Counted from the stretch's first letter, positions 40,453-53,500 are shown. The stretch: DNA of 63,247 bases from Octopus bimaculoides (GCF_001194135.2 NC_068990.1:9608094-9671340); one strand, 5' to 3'. The notes: generated by a model from the letters alone, not told the origin. A program made the numbers and translations.

Positions 40453-40619
40453 CTGATGAAACAATATTGAGAATAAGGAGAGTGGTTACTTTTGTTCATT
40501 CATCATTCACATATGTTCCAATGGTACAATTTCTGGTGGGCCATTACTTCTGAAATTAAATTGAGAATGTAGAACGTATTTACTGACAAAGGACAACCGA
40601 AAAAAAATGCATGCATATA

Positions 40620-40820
40620 TTTATTTCTTTATTCTCTACAGGGGGCTAAACATAGACGGGACAAACAAGGACAGACAAAGGGATTAAGTCAATTACATCG
40701 ACCCCGAAAGGATGAAAGGCAAAGTCGACCTTGGCGGAATTTGAGCTCAGAACGTAACGGCAGACGAAATACCGCGAAACATTCGCCCTGCGTGCTAATA
40801 ATTCTGCCAGTTCACCGCCC
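40620..40820 (-). mobile_element. SINE family A, internally deleted
   Basis: GGGCTAAACATAG..GGGACAAACAAGGACAGAC..GGATGAAAGGCAAAGTCGACCTTGGCGGAATTTGAGCTCAGAACG. Confidence 0.9.
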
Positions 40821-41595
40821 TAAATGGATGCATATATTGTCTCGTTCAAAGAGTCTATAGAGGATTTACTGACATCTTAAAACAGTTGACAAATGCTAAA
40901 CTAGAGACACTGACAAAAAAAAAACAAACTATTAATTAATTTATGAAATTACTTATAGAGGATTAAAGATATAAATGTTGCGAACTAACCAAAATCATGG
41001 AGATCAAAACAGCAATAAAATAAAATAAATACATACACAAGACACCCACCAATATATACGTGTAGATACATGCATAAATACATGATATATATGTGTGCAT
41101 GTGTGCGAGTGTGTGTGTGTGCATCATACGTGTCTTTTCTTCCCCCGTCTCTCTTTCTCTTTCGCTCTCTTTCACTTTCTCTCATATATATTCATGTACA
41201 CACGCTCATATACACAGATTTATACGCATGCATTCAAGGGCAGGCTAATATTGCGATATATGCAAATATACAGAGATGAGCGAATGAATATCATGCAAAG
41301 AAATACATAGATCACAAGCTTTTCTATTCAAACTGATTTTAGACAATGGTCATAATATTAAAAAATCGGTACATATATGCTTATATATTTTTACCCGAGC
41401 TTTCGTGCAAATATATAAAACATAAATACAATATATTTATGTTAAATGTGCGCAACTTTAAACTGTTGAAGATAATGCATTGTAACCATAATATTGCTTA
41501 TCAACTTACCATTAAATCATTACTAATACAATTATATTAGAGAATTGTCTTGTTGTTAAGGGAAACCTGTATTTCTTCATCAATATCTTGACTTA

Positions 41596-41730
41596 TAGGC
41601 GGCGAGCTGGCAGAATCGTTAGCAAGTCGAGCGTCTGTCTTTACGTTCTGAGTTCAAATTCCGCCGATCTAGTCGACTGGCTTCCTCCCACAAAATTTAG
41701 GGCCTTGTGCCAAGAGTAGAAAAGAATATC
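41596..41730 (+). mobile_element. SINE family A with internal deletions
   Basis: GGCGGCGAGCTGGCAGAATCGTTAGCA..TTCTGAGTTCAAATTCCGCCGA..GCCTTGTGCCAAGAGTAGAAAAGA. Confidence 0.85.
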
Positions 41731-42439
41731 TTAACTGCTAGGAGCAGTATTTAATTTTCATCAACTATTTCAAGATCCTCTTACGCGCAGAGACATCACT
41801 GAACTCTATCATCTTCATAAAACTTAGCTGCGCACAGTATTTGTGTCTAGACTCTATGTCGCTAGAAAGTGAATTCCAAACGTTCTCTACTTACTGAGGA
41901 GGTAAGTCGAATGCATTAATTTAGAATTAGAAGAGGAAAGCTAGTATTTTGAACATATTAGATGGAAATAGATCCCTTCAGAACATACTTAATGTATATT
42001 TTCATTACAACCCAATACATCACATCTGTATTATGACGAGTTTCCTATGACACTTCCAATTATCAGGGCATGTACAATATATTTTAGTGTCACATGTATG
42101 TCTGTAACAGTTTGTAACGGGTGTCAAGTAAGCTATGAAAGTCATAACGAACTCATTTTGCCGAATTGCTGAGTTGATGAGTGTCATGCTATTTGCGTAT
42201 TTGTAATTAAAATTTATGTTGATATTATTAGAAGCAATATTAGTATTGCACCAGGTGAATAATTTCTCATTAAGGGAACATAGTTTGAATCCATTACCGC
42301 CACATTATTAAGTTAACTTCCAGAAATATTAGGAAAGGTGTTATTAACGTTATTATTAATACGAAATGAGGATTTATTACTAGTGTTTCATGAAACATAA
42401 TCAAACCTTGTGTTAATTTCTGAGTAAATAGAAGCATTA

Positions 42440-42635
42440 ATATTGGTTTCAAAGTTTGGCCCAAAGCCAGCAATTTCAGTGAAGGGCTAAGTCAACCACG
42501 TCAATCCCAGTGTTTAGCTGGTACTTATTTTATTTATTCTGAAACGAACAAAGTCAATTTCGGTGGAATTTGAAGTCAGAAAGTTAAGATAGACGAAATG
42601 CCTCCAATCACTTGGTTTGGAGTGCTAACAATTGT
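42440..42635 (-). mobile_element. SINE family A, degenerate
   Basis: ATTGGTTTCAAAGTTTGGC..CCCAGTG..CTGGTACTTATTT..GGTGGAATTTGAAGTCAGAA..TGCTAACAATT. Confidence 0.65.
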
Positions 42636-42908
42636 GAACGAGAGCGGGAACGAAAGTAACATTATCCAACGAACTACGTAGAATATAAGTAATTTCATAT
42701 TAGTAGAGACGCCTCAGTCAATCTAGGTTCTTGAAGCGCGTAAGAATGTCATGAGCCCACATGAAAAGCTGTGGGTGTATAGTTGACAAAATATATTGAA
42801 CATTAAAGAGGTATCACCAGTAGCATCATTGGGTCACACGATCAAATCCATTTTAAAAATATGCATATTAAATGCGATACAGAAAGAGTGACTGCAATTG
42901 TGAAAATA

Positions 42909-43475
42909 CAAGGGGGCACCCAAAAGAAACCGGAATTTTGTAATATTATTTTATTCAATTAGTTTTACATGTTTAGACATATATCGCCTTCAAAGTATTC
43001 TCCATCGGTCCAGACGCGTTTTCCACTGTTCGAAGCCGTGTTGGAACTCTTGCAAAGAGATGCCTTTTAACGTCTCCGGCGTTTTCTACTTCACCTCTAC
43101 CACATCTGTAAATGCCGTAGCACCAGCTTTCGTCACCAGCTGATCCGGACCTTCAAAAAAAGGTCCGGATCAGCTCCCAACTGTTCTTTCAAAATACGAC
43201 AGGCATTCAGCCATGACTGCTTTTGATCTTCCGTGAGCAAACGAGGCACAGATTTTGCTGCAACTCTTTTCATTTGCAATTCCTCGCAGAAACTTCGTTG
43301 GCAGAAACTCCAGTACATACCAATCATATCAACAAGTTCGTCAATCGTTCAGTGACGGTACTCCAAGATCAGTTCATAAATTTTCAGCATGTTTTCATTC
43401 GTTAGAAAAGTGTACGGTGACCCTGACCGAGGTTGGTTCTCAAGCGAAAAGTAACCATCGCTAAAGCGTGTAAAC
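42909..43475 (-). mobile_element. Internally deleted, 5'-truncated mariner
   Basis: TA plus TIR-like CAAGGGGGCACCCAAAAGAAACCGGAATT at 42907-42937; minus strand ENQPRSGSP..TIDELVDMIG..MKRVAAKSVPRLLTEDQKQ..DPDLF joined to a C-terminus ending GEYFEGD. Confidence 0.88.
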
Positions 43476-43630
43476 AGCAAGTAAATTTGTGTTTTACACA
43501 TGGCAGTGGCCTTGTAAGCTATTTAAAGTGTGACAACATTAAAGTGTGGCAATCTTATATCTACTTTTCCAGTGAAAGTAGATATAAGATTGCCAAGATT
43601 TTATCTCTCTCATCAAAGATCAGTGGCTAT

Positions 43631-43675
43631 CGGACGCTGACGAAGGGAAATAACCCTGAAACCCGGGTCCGTTCG
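43631..43675 (+). ncRNA. Type I hammerhead ribozyme, copy 1
   Basis: Helix I CGGACG/CGTTCG, core CTGACGA, helix II AGGG-AAATAA-CCCT, GAAA, palindromic helix III ACCCGGGT, GTC cleavage triplet (predicted cut after 43669). Confidence 0.88.
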
Positions 43676-43976
43676 TGCTACAGATCTTGATGGGAGGGAT
43701 AACTTCCCTTGGCAAACAGGACACAGTAGTGTGTCGATAAGCCAGCTGGAGGAGATGTCCTCCTGGGGCTAAAAGCAACAGTAACATCCACCCCTAGGGG
43801 TCAGCCACACTTAAGTGGCAATATACAACACTTTATCGTGCAGTTACTGTTAATACTTCATTTAGAGAATTAACATTGCTTGTTTTCACCTCTTCGATAT
43901 CAGTGAAGAATTTCACTGGAAAAGTAGATATAAAGTTGCCAAGATTTTATCTCTCTCATCAAAGATCAGTGGCTAT

Positions 43977-44021
43977 CGGACGCTGACGAAGGGAAATAAC
44001 CCTGAAACCCGGGTCCGTTCG
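43977..44021 (+). ncRNA. Type I hammerhead ribozyme, copy 2 (identical)
   Basis: Same 45-nt motif as copy 1; predicted cut after 44015. Confidence 0.88.
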
Positions 44022-44457
44022 TGCTACAGATCTTGATGGGAGGGATAACTTCCCTTGGCAAACAGGACACAGTAGTATGTCGATAAGCCAGCTGGAGGAG
44101 ATGTCCTCCTGGGGCTAAAAGCAACAGTAACATCCACCCCTAGGGNNNNNNNNNNNNNNNNNNNNNNNNNNNNNNNNNNNNNNNNNNNNNNNNNNNNNNN
44201 NNNNNNNNNNNNNNNNNNNNNNNNNNNNNNNNNNNNNNNNNNNNNNNNNNNNNNNNNNNNNNNNNNNNNNNNNNNNNNNNNNNNNNNNNNNNNNNNNNNN
44301 NNNNNNNNNNNNNNNNNNNNNNNNNNNNNNNNNNNNNNNNNNNNNNNNNNNNNNNNNNNNNNNNNNNNNNNNNNNNNNNNNNNNNNNNNNNNNNNNNNNN
44401 NNNNNNNNNNNNNNNNNNNNNNNNNNNNNNNNNNNNNNNNNNNNNNNNNNNNNNNNN

Positions 44458-44524
<67 letters not shown>

Positions 44525-45469
44525 ATATATATGTATGTATGTATGTATATATATATGTATACACATCTATATGTGCATGTATGTGTAAATATATAAATAT
44601 ATATACATATACATACATATATATATCCTCTAATGACATTACTTTTTATGTATATGCAATCAATATTTGAGTGGGAAGAAGTACTACCATGTGTGCGTGA
44701 ATGTAATTCTTTGTGCGTGTATATATATATGTAAATACGTATGTATATGATTCTATGTGCGCGTGAGTGAACTTCTGTCTTCGTGTGTGCGTATACATAT
44801 ATATCACTCTAATTTTCCCCACCTATTTGATGTCGATAAACTTTCTTTTCTTTTGGAAATCTCCTGTTTCCGTTCTTATTCTTGAATTTTTTCTGCTCTG
44901 TTTTGTCCTTTACGTTCTTTATCTAAATACCTCTTGTTGTTCATAAGCATGTGTGAGCATGTGTATACATCTATAGGTGCACCTATATGTTTGAGCGAGT
45001 GTATATATGCGTATACATTATGCGTATTTATATATATATATTGATATACATGTGTATAAATGTAGATATATCTATTGACAAATATCCGTATAGTTATTCG
45101 TATGCCCACAAGTGTGTCAGAAGCGCAAACTTTATATAGCTATATTATATTGTTTGCAATAATGCATATTCATGTACAAGCATTGCCAGATACATATGTG
45201 CCTGATGCATCTGTGTGTGAGCATGTTTATGGTTATGTTCGTACATGTGGAAGCAATTTCATCTATGCCAGTTTTTTTTACACAATGTTTATGAAATTAA
45301 ATCCTCTAAGTTTTTGACCATATTACCATGACGTGAAGCTCCAAGAATGTTCAATATATTTTGCTAAATATAGATTTTATATATAAAATGTAGTTAGTTT
45401 GTTAAGTGCATTGGCACGCAACTAAGATCGGGAGTCAAATGCTGCTTCTGATTACAATATACATCCATA

Positions 45470-45779
45470 TTCTTTTATTCTTTTATTCTTTTATTCTTTT
45501 ATTCTTTTATTCTTTTATTCTTTTATTCTTTTATTCTTTTACTTGTCTCAGGCATTTGACTTGGGCCACGCTGGAGCACCAGCTTGAAGGATTTTTTTCA
45601 CTCGAATATGGACCGTAATCCATATTCGTTCTTTGCCGAACCGCTAAGTTACGGTAACGTAAACACACCAACGACGTTTGTCAAGCGGTAATAGCGGTAG
45701 AAAGACAAACACAACGACAAACACACATAAATACATACACAAACACACAGACACACAGACACACACACACAGACACACA

Positions 45780-45828
<49 letters not shown>

Positions 45829-45990
45829 CGGACTTTCTTAAGTTTCCGACTACCAAACCCACTCAAAAGGATTTGGTTGACATGAGGACATAGAAGAACA
45901 TACATTCGTCAAAGTGCCATGCATTAGGACTAAACGTGGACTTATGTGGTTGTGAAGTAAGCTTCTTACCACATGGTCACGCCTTTGCCT
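45470..45990 (-). mobile_element. SINE family B, full length, with internal (CA)n and (TTTTATTC)n tail
   Basis: Octamer tail 45470-45541, GCTGGAGCACC, TTTGCCGAACCGCTAAGTTACGG, TTTCCGACTACCAAACCCACTCA, ATGTGGTTG..CTTACCAC. Confidence 0.9.
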
Positions 45991-46006
45991 ATATATGTGT
46001 GTGTGT

Positions 46007-46043
<37 letters not shown>

Positions 46044-46619
46044 TGTGTCTGTCTGTCTGTCTGTGTGTTTGTGTGTGTTTGTGTGTGTCTGTGTGTGTGT
46101 GTGTCTATGTGTGTGAAAATAAAATAACAGGAGTTTAAGAGTGAATGAATTTACACACTGACCACTTATATTGATGGCTGGACTTTGGTTAATCCCGTTA
46201 CGGACAACAGGTGGCTGGTCTTTATAACATATCAGTAAGTATATTAATGTAATTATTTTATGGGCATGTTATTTGGATAAATATTAATTAGTGCTATTTA
46301 CGATATCTTAAGTAGAATTCTACATACATACATAATACATATATTATATATATACATAATACATGTATTATATATATACATATATATTTATATATATCTA
46401 TATACATACATTCAAATATGCACATATACATATATACGTGCGTACGTACATACACACATATATACATGTGTGTGTGTGTGTATGTATATAGACATCTATA
46501 GAGTTCAACGATTCAAATGCTTGAGAGCTATTTTATTCTAATCCTAACTCATGGAAAATAGTTGTGTAGGGACTGGTTATATCAAAAGTGACTACGAAAT
46601 TTTGTATATATTTAATAAT

Positions 46620-47275
46620 TCTGGAATGTAGTTTAGGAAGTCCATATTATCTCTGATAAAAGTAGGAACCAATTCGCATTCTGATTTTAATATGATGCCC
46701 AACAAAATTGCTTAATCGTCGAATGCTTGGAATTCATCCTTCAATTGAGCATGATTTTAAATCAGGTTGTCTGGGAGTCTCTGCATATTATGCATGGCGA
46801 TCCTTTAAGCTATTATAGATTTCTTTAGTTTTATGAGTCTTCTGTTGTCTATAAATTTTGCTCGCTTTCGTCTCCAAATTTGTTTGATAATCCGACTCTT
46901 TTTCTTTTTATTAGAATTTGATATTTTCCGTTAATTTACCAGTTTTGTACATTGCTTAGTTATCTGCATTGGATAACCAAGTTTTGGTGGAAATATTGAT
47001 TATTCAATTGTTCTAAATGCATTTCCTTGTAATGAGTCTTGTCCATTATTACAATGGCTCCTCCTTTGTCAGTTTCTTTAATGACTATAGTGAATCTTTC
47101 TGTAGACATTGCTATGTTTTTTGTTCTTTATTTGCAATATTTGATCTTATACAATTAGCTGGAATGTTCAACTTTATCGATGTTTTCAGAAACATTATAT
47201 ATTCCTCTAAGTGTTTATTCCTGTTCATCGGAGGTTTTATCATGTACTTTTTTTATAATGTGATGGATCATCATA

Positions 47276-47331
<56 letters not shown>

Positions 47332-47560
47332 GTTTTCTTGTAGAATTTCTTTAGGCGAATTATTCCACAAAATTTCTAAGTATGTTTTATATGATTAGCT
47401 GTGTCAGGTTTTGTTGCTGGTGTGAAATTAATTCCATATTGTAAAAAAAATTTTTTTTCTCTACACAATATTTTGCTGTTTTGAATTTAGTAGTTTTGGA
47501 TCAATTCTTTAACTTCAGCCCTGAATCGGTGTATCGTAAATGATTGCAACTTATTGTAAT
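46620..47560 (-). mobile_element. Decayed Penelope-like element RT region, interrupted by (TCTT)n at about 47276-47330
   Basis: Minus-strand pieces LQYGINFTP..FCGIIRLKKF, IVIKETDKGGAIVIMDKTHYKEMHLEQLNNQYFHQNL and ETKASKIYRQQKTHK match PLE motifs GLxFxP, ADKGxxxVIMD and FYGLPKIHK. Confidence 0.8.
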
Positions 47561-50500
47561 CTGTTAAAAATCACTAAAGAAATCTAAAGGGATTTTTTCT
47601 TTAACTAGAATAAGGGATGTATTTATCGTTTGTTCGCTGTCGGGATTTTGGTGTGTATATGTTGCGTAGGAGTTTGCTTTCACTGAGTCTCTAGAACAAC
47701 ATCCATTACGAAGAATGCTGTTGACTGATGGCACGTTTGCAAACCTGCTTGAAACGTTGGTATTCGAAGAGAGAAAGAAAGATAGAGAGAGGGGGAGGGA
47801 GTATTTTTCCATGAATAATAATATAGTAAATGAAGAGCCGATTGAGAATGTTGTGGTTGACGAAGAACCTCCAAGTGACTACACGTAAAGCAAAGATTTT
47901 TTGGTACAGAACGTATGATTTCTAGATGCTTTGATATCTTTCCTGTGCTTAGTATTATGTATTTATTTCAAGTTCATTTTTTTAACCGTATCGAAGTCAA
48001 TTATTAAATTGCTTCTATTCTATTCAACTGAAATGTACTATTGTATGTCACTGACATTTGCGCCTCAGTATAAAATCGTTATCGCATTACAGGTAAGTAC
48101 AATGTTCATATGTTTAAAAATGTGCTAACATCTGTAAGATGAAGAATCTTTTGCACTATAGTATAAAAAGAGTGTGTTATTCATATTTACAATGGTAGAC
48201 GTTATACGAACTCCCAAAATAACATAGATTTCGGGCGAGGCAGTCTGTAATTCATATGTTCTCAAAATGACAAATATAAACTCGAAGTGTTATTTATATA
48301 CAACATTGGCGCATAAAAATTCAGACGTAATAAATTCTTGCTCCAAAGAGGTTTGCTGGTTATTCCAAATAACTAGAATATTTTAACTGATTCCATCAGT
48401 ATCACACGGCATTGTATAATTCATTTGAACGTTAGGATACGTTTGAGGTAAAGATTATTTTTGAGGCAATTATTATAAACTATTGAATCATTTCCAATTT
48501 ATAATTGGTACCGAGTTTCTAGACACTGTATTGATGCAGAATTTTAAATCGCTTCATTTATCTTTTCAGCTCTAGCGTAAAATGAAACCATTCATTTATA
48601 TTGATTATTACACACCAATTACATATATACATTGTGTATATATGAAAATCTAATTCAACTCGTAAATATACTTCATTCGTAAGTTAAACCAAAGTATTTG
48701 CTTTATCGTAATCATCAAGTAAGTCTGATACCCATCTCCGATTGCAGTGTGATACGTATTTTCCAGTGAAATAAACCTCTGGATAGTCTTTAAGACTATT
48801 ACAGATAGCTTTTCAAATTTCAGTTGAATCGGCTATTTAAATTAAACAACACGCTCGCTCACCATTTCAAGAACATAGATACCACTATGATTTTGACAAC
48901 CTATTTGTTACCCTAAAGTTCAGTCCATCTACACACTATGTATTTCTGAAAATGATATTACGACTTTTTTTGTCTGTGATATTTATTGCATCTATAATGA
49001 TATGATTATGCATGTATATCTGGATGGCTTTGCTTCAATCAACATACATTTGATTATTGATTTTGCAGTTGGGGATAAATGACCCAGTGTAAGGTCTTAT
49101 ATATATATATATATAATATAGTGTCTTGATGAAATTCCACCAAATGAAATGAGATATGTAATTAACGGATAAAATCTCCTTGTATGGTGTTTGAAACATA
49201 GTAACAATATCATCAGATGATCAAAACCTTTAAGCAATATAAAAGATACTCTAAATTTGGATGGATGCAACACATTCCTTCAGTGTTGTTGCTCTGAGAC
49301 GAAGGAAAATAGAAGATATCTAATGAAGCTTTTGTAAGAAAACATTTGACACACAACATGACCTTTGAAAATACAGCAGTCATACTCTCTGTTATTTGCT
49401 CTGATCATATATGTAACGACATAATTTTAGTTCTGGTAAATTTGGAAAAGTATACTATACTAAACGAACCTTGCACATTCAACGAACAGAAACTAAGAAT
49501 AAAGCCCCTGCATGATTGAGTACGCTTTGTTACAGGTAAATCAACTGAAAGAAATCCATAATTTAACACCGAATAGTGGTTATTATATGCAACATAGAAG
49601 AGAGTTTACCATAAGCACATAATTCTAGGAAATATGACATCGATAGTGATAAGCGTTGTGTTATTGTAATTAGAGTTACTTTAGCGTAATCATTATTTTG
49701 ATGCAGATATATAAAAAGATATTGAAGAGTGCTTTTAATTTCATTGTGCTTATGTCGATTATTGTAAATATTTCTGGAAGCATTTAATAACTTGAGTATC
49801 TATCCAATTATAAAAAGATCAAATAGAAGGAGGTTGAAATCTAACAGCGCATCTATAATCGGATGTGATACGTTTAACATTAGAAAGACACTGCATTGAA
49901 ATAAAAAGAAAGAAGTACAGGGAAAATATTGTGTTAGAATGTGGAGACGACTTATTAGACATCGGATATAACGATTTCTGGTTCGGGAATAAGAGACGGT
50001 CGAATTTGTTAAACAATATGTTTGAAAAGACGAAAAATTGATTGAACTTCAAGAAATGTAAACGGAAAAGACGGTGCGCTAAGAACGGGAAGTTGCACTA
50101 TTATAGGATTTGTATTCGTTTCGTGTTAACAATGTAGAATTTCTGAAAGGTAAATGCAGAATTAGAAAGTAAAACTGTCAATAAGAAATTATTGTAAATT
50201 TTCTTGAAGAAAAACAGACAAATCAATCTAATGTAGTTCGAAGATAGATGATGACGCAGACAGTAACTGTAATTTGAGCATTGCGGATTACGTTGCGATA
50301 CGTATCTATATAACGAAATTGTATTTATTGCTATCGTGTTAGATACATAAGAATAGGAAAGATGATTTTACACGCTCGTTTACAATTTATACTGCTCGAG
50401 GAGTTATAAGGAAGCAAATAAAAGCAGGTGTACTTCACATGAATTACAGAAAACAAAAAGTAAAAATAAAACTAAAGCCGTGTCATTTTAGCAACAAATA

Positions 50501-53500
50501 TGATTGAATCAATAAAGTTGTTGGAGAAAATGTTCAAATACAAAGTGTTCTTGGTATGTTATTTGTTGACAGTAAACATTTAGAAAACTACAAATCAAAG
50601 ATAAATTCGGATTGTAGGCAACTTCAGAGATGTATGTTTGTTTAGGACAATCACCTTACACGTTGGAACAGTTCATATTTGACTATACATGGCTATACAA
50701 CATCCGGCGCGTTACAAGTTTTATCAAGAATACAATAATAGATTTTATTTGTTTGAACGATATATAATTTGTAGCGTTTCTGACCAAAGGAAATCTGCGA
50801 TCATTCTCTGAATTGAGTATATGCATACAAAATAAGAGTGTGTAGGTTGTGATCCATCGTATTTGAAAAAAAAAAAAACCGTAGACGACGCAGCTCGGTA
50901 CATGCTTAATTTTAATTTGGAATACATGAAGCATAAAAATTAGAAAATGCGCAGCTATTAATTACAGATTGTCATAGACGAAAAATGGAAGCCTCTGGTA
51001 ATATCCCTTTCTTTGACAACTATTTTCTCAGGTCTTACTGGTTTATGACCAGTAATTCTCAGGTTACAACAAATGCTTACTAACATTTGTTTTCTCGCCG
51101 TAACTCCATATTGCAGAACGAGAAAATAGAATTTCCTAATTTTCACTCCCATTTTACTAACAATACAAAGCTAGCAAAATCTTATAGAAAATAAAAGTTA
51201 AATTCCATGAAAATCTATACCATCGCTTTGTAATATCCTCTTAACAAATATTTGGAATTGCATTCTTTTTTGAGATACTTATTTCCTAATCCTAGAACTA
51301 ACTTTCTACTCAGATTTCACTTCACATTTGCTCCAAGGGAAATGACTGTTTCATAACAAAGTCCAGTTCGACATATACATTCGGTGCCAATAAATTTATT
51401 CAAGTATAAGAGTCTCTGAGAATATAGTCATTCTAAATTTAAAATACGAATTCAATTATTTCGATCAAAAGTTATTATATACATAAGCTTCAAACTTTAT
51501 CATCTATTTATGTAGTCTGAAGTAGTTTGCAATGAATATAACTGCTGCTACTACCAGCGACTGAGTATAGGCGTCTTTATGCAACTGCACATCCTACACG
51601 TAACATTCCTTTCCTTCTACATTCACCCAGTCTCAACCTTATTACGACTTAGTTGAACGTTAAATAAATTACGTTGAAATATTCCTACATTGCAAACTTT
51701 TTAGCAAATCATTGGAATTAGCCCACAAATTGTTCAGTCATACTAACCGCTGAAAACGCTCATTAGTCACTGACTATTATGTCTCCTGGGATCTCTTTTC
51801 CTCTTTAGTGAAAACCTACATTATTTTTGTTGTCTAATAAGAATTGGATTATATTTATCCTATTGCACATTTGACTATAGAAGGAAAGGTGTTTTCGTGA
51901 CATTTTCTGTCTGCAAAATGAGGGCTTTGATAACAGGAATTTCCTTGTGTTAGGTCTTTTTGGGATTGGCATCTGAAAAACAGAGTGCAACTTAAATGGC
52001 CTTCACTAATAATATCCATCTCAATTCGAGTTTTTATCCATTCTATACTTTAGCTCTCATAAACGCTTTGTGCACACTTATGATATACAACTTCACATGA
52101 AAGTCAAATAAACACCATAAGCACATAACAAAAATATATTGTTCTTTCACACTCAGCACATACATTGAGATCACATTCAAAGTAGTCCAAAGAAAGTATG
52201 AATACTCTCCCGTGGCAAATTTTAATAACTAAAATTCAACTGGTATTATCTGAAAATCTACACATGGTTTCATTAGATGCTGCTTTGTATATAACATGAA
52301 CTCTGCTGTTTCATAAACGCAGTCATATACACGAGCACATATTTACACATTTATTTGTGTTTAGTAGTAAATGCGAAAATATTATCTGAACATAAATTAA
52401 TTCCATACATGGCGTAAGGTTAAATATTGTATTTTACTCTGATCGTGCGAATAATTATAATATATGAGAAAAGCTGAAACGAATAGAATAAAGACAAAAG
52501 CACACACACATAAATAGATGACTATATTTTATTATATTTGAAAATGCACATATAAGTATACACGTGCAAGTATATATGTACATACGTACATAAATATACA
52601 CACATACATACACACATATATAGGGAGATAAAGTGTGAGAGAAATAAAAGAAAACGATAGAGGAGGAGAAGAAATAAGGTAGATGAACACGGTAAAAGCG
52701 TGTGCTAAAATCATCAATAAGCCCCAGGGCATTTCTCTATGTCTCAATTTGGATATTCCTGCTATATAATCATTAACAGATAAGAAGCAATAGTGTAGTA
52801 AATGTTTCACTGAACTGTTTCCTAAACAACGCCAAACAAATTTCCAATCAAGCCTTTCTGCACTGCCTTTAGGCTATAATAAGGTTTCGTTTCTCATATA
52901 TTTCAGAAAAATGGGTCATTATGTTGTTAGAACTAATACTAAATATATAAATTAAACGAACAATCGTTTAAAAGGAACGAAGAAAGAAATAACCGTATAC
53001 ACAAACCGACAAACAGTATAATAGGTTTTTGGATACATTATTGTAGAACATTACATGTAGACAATAAATAATAGTGGAACATGATGCAATATGAAGTTAT
53101 TAGGTGGAAAAGGAACAGAGAAAATTGTACATTTGAGCAGATCAGCAAAATGGCTAAACAAGAATAAACCAAGATGGATGGAAAACGTTAATGATAATAA
53201 TAGTGGTAGTGTTTACAGTAATAGACTGCCGTGGACTGACAAATCTAAATAACAATAGATGTGGTTTCACCACCTGGCGGTGATTGGTTTACGTTCGTTA
53301 TAACGATATTGATTTCTGTCTTAGATCCGATCTTAAATAATATGGACAATGGTTCAGTTGACTATATCACTTTCAGTGCTGGAACACCATTGATACTATT
53401 TCCCTGAAAACTGAGATGCAGATGTTTCGATCTCTCAATGCTAGATAACACAAAATTGTAGCGACGCTGCTAATACACCAAAGAAGCTTTACAACTGATT

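Larger units (their letters stand above)
43547..44145 (+). mobile_element. Retrozyme / Penelope pLTR-like tandem: 346-nt unit, at least 1.65 copies, with a 31-nt inverted 5' junction; runs into a gap
   Basis: 43575-43799 repeats at 43921-44145 with 3 mismatches; 43547-43577 is the reverse complement of 43911-43941; each copy holds a hammerhead motif. Confidence 0.85.

Noticed and set aside
40058-40459. CTGATGA motifs as hammerhead cores or C/D-box parts
   Set aside because: They are the two TSD copies; no helix II/GAAA/NUH arrangement accompanies them.
41780-41960. Possible CR1 3' end (VENVWNSL) on the minus strand and a GAG|GTAAGT donor on the plus strand
   Set aside because: The motif is too short, and no open frame leads to the donor.
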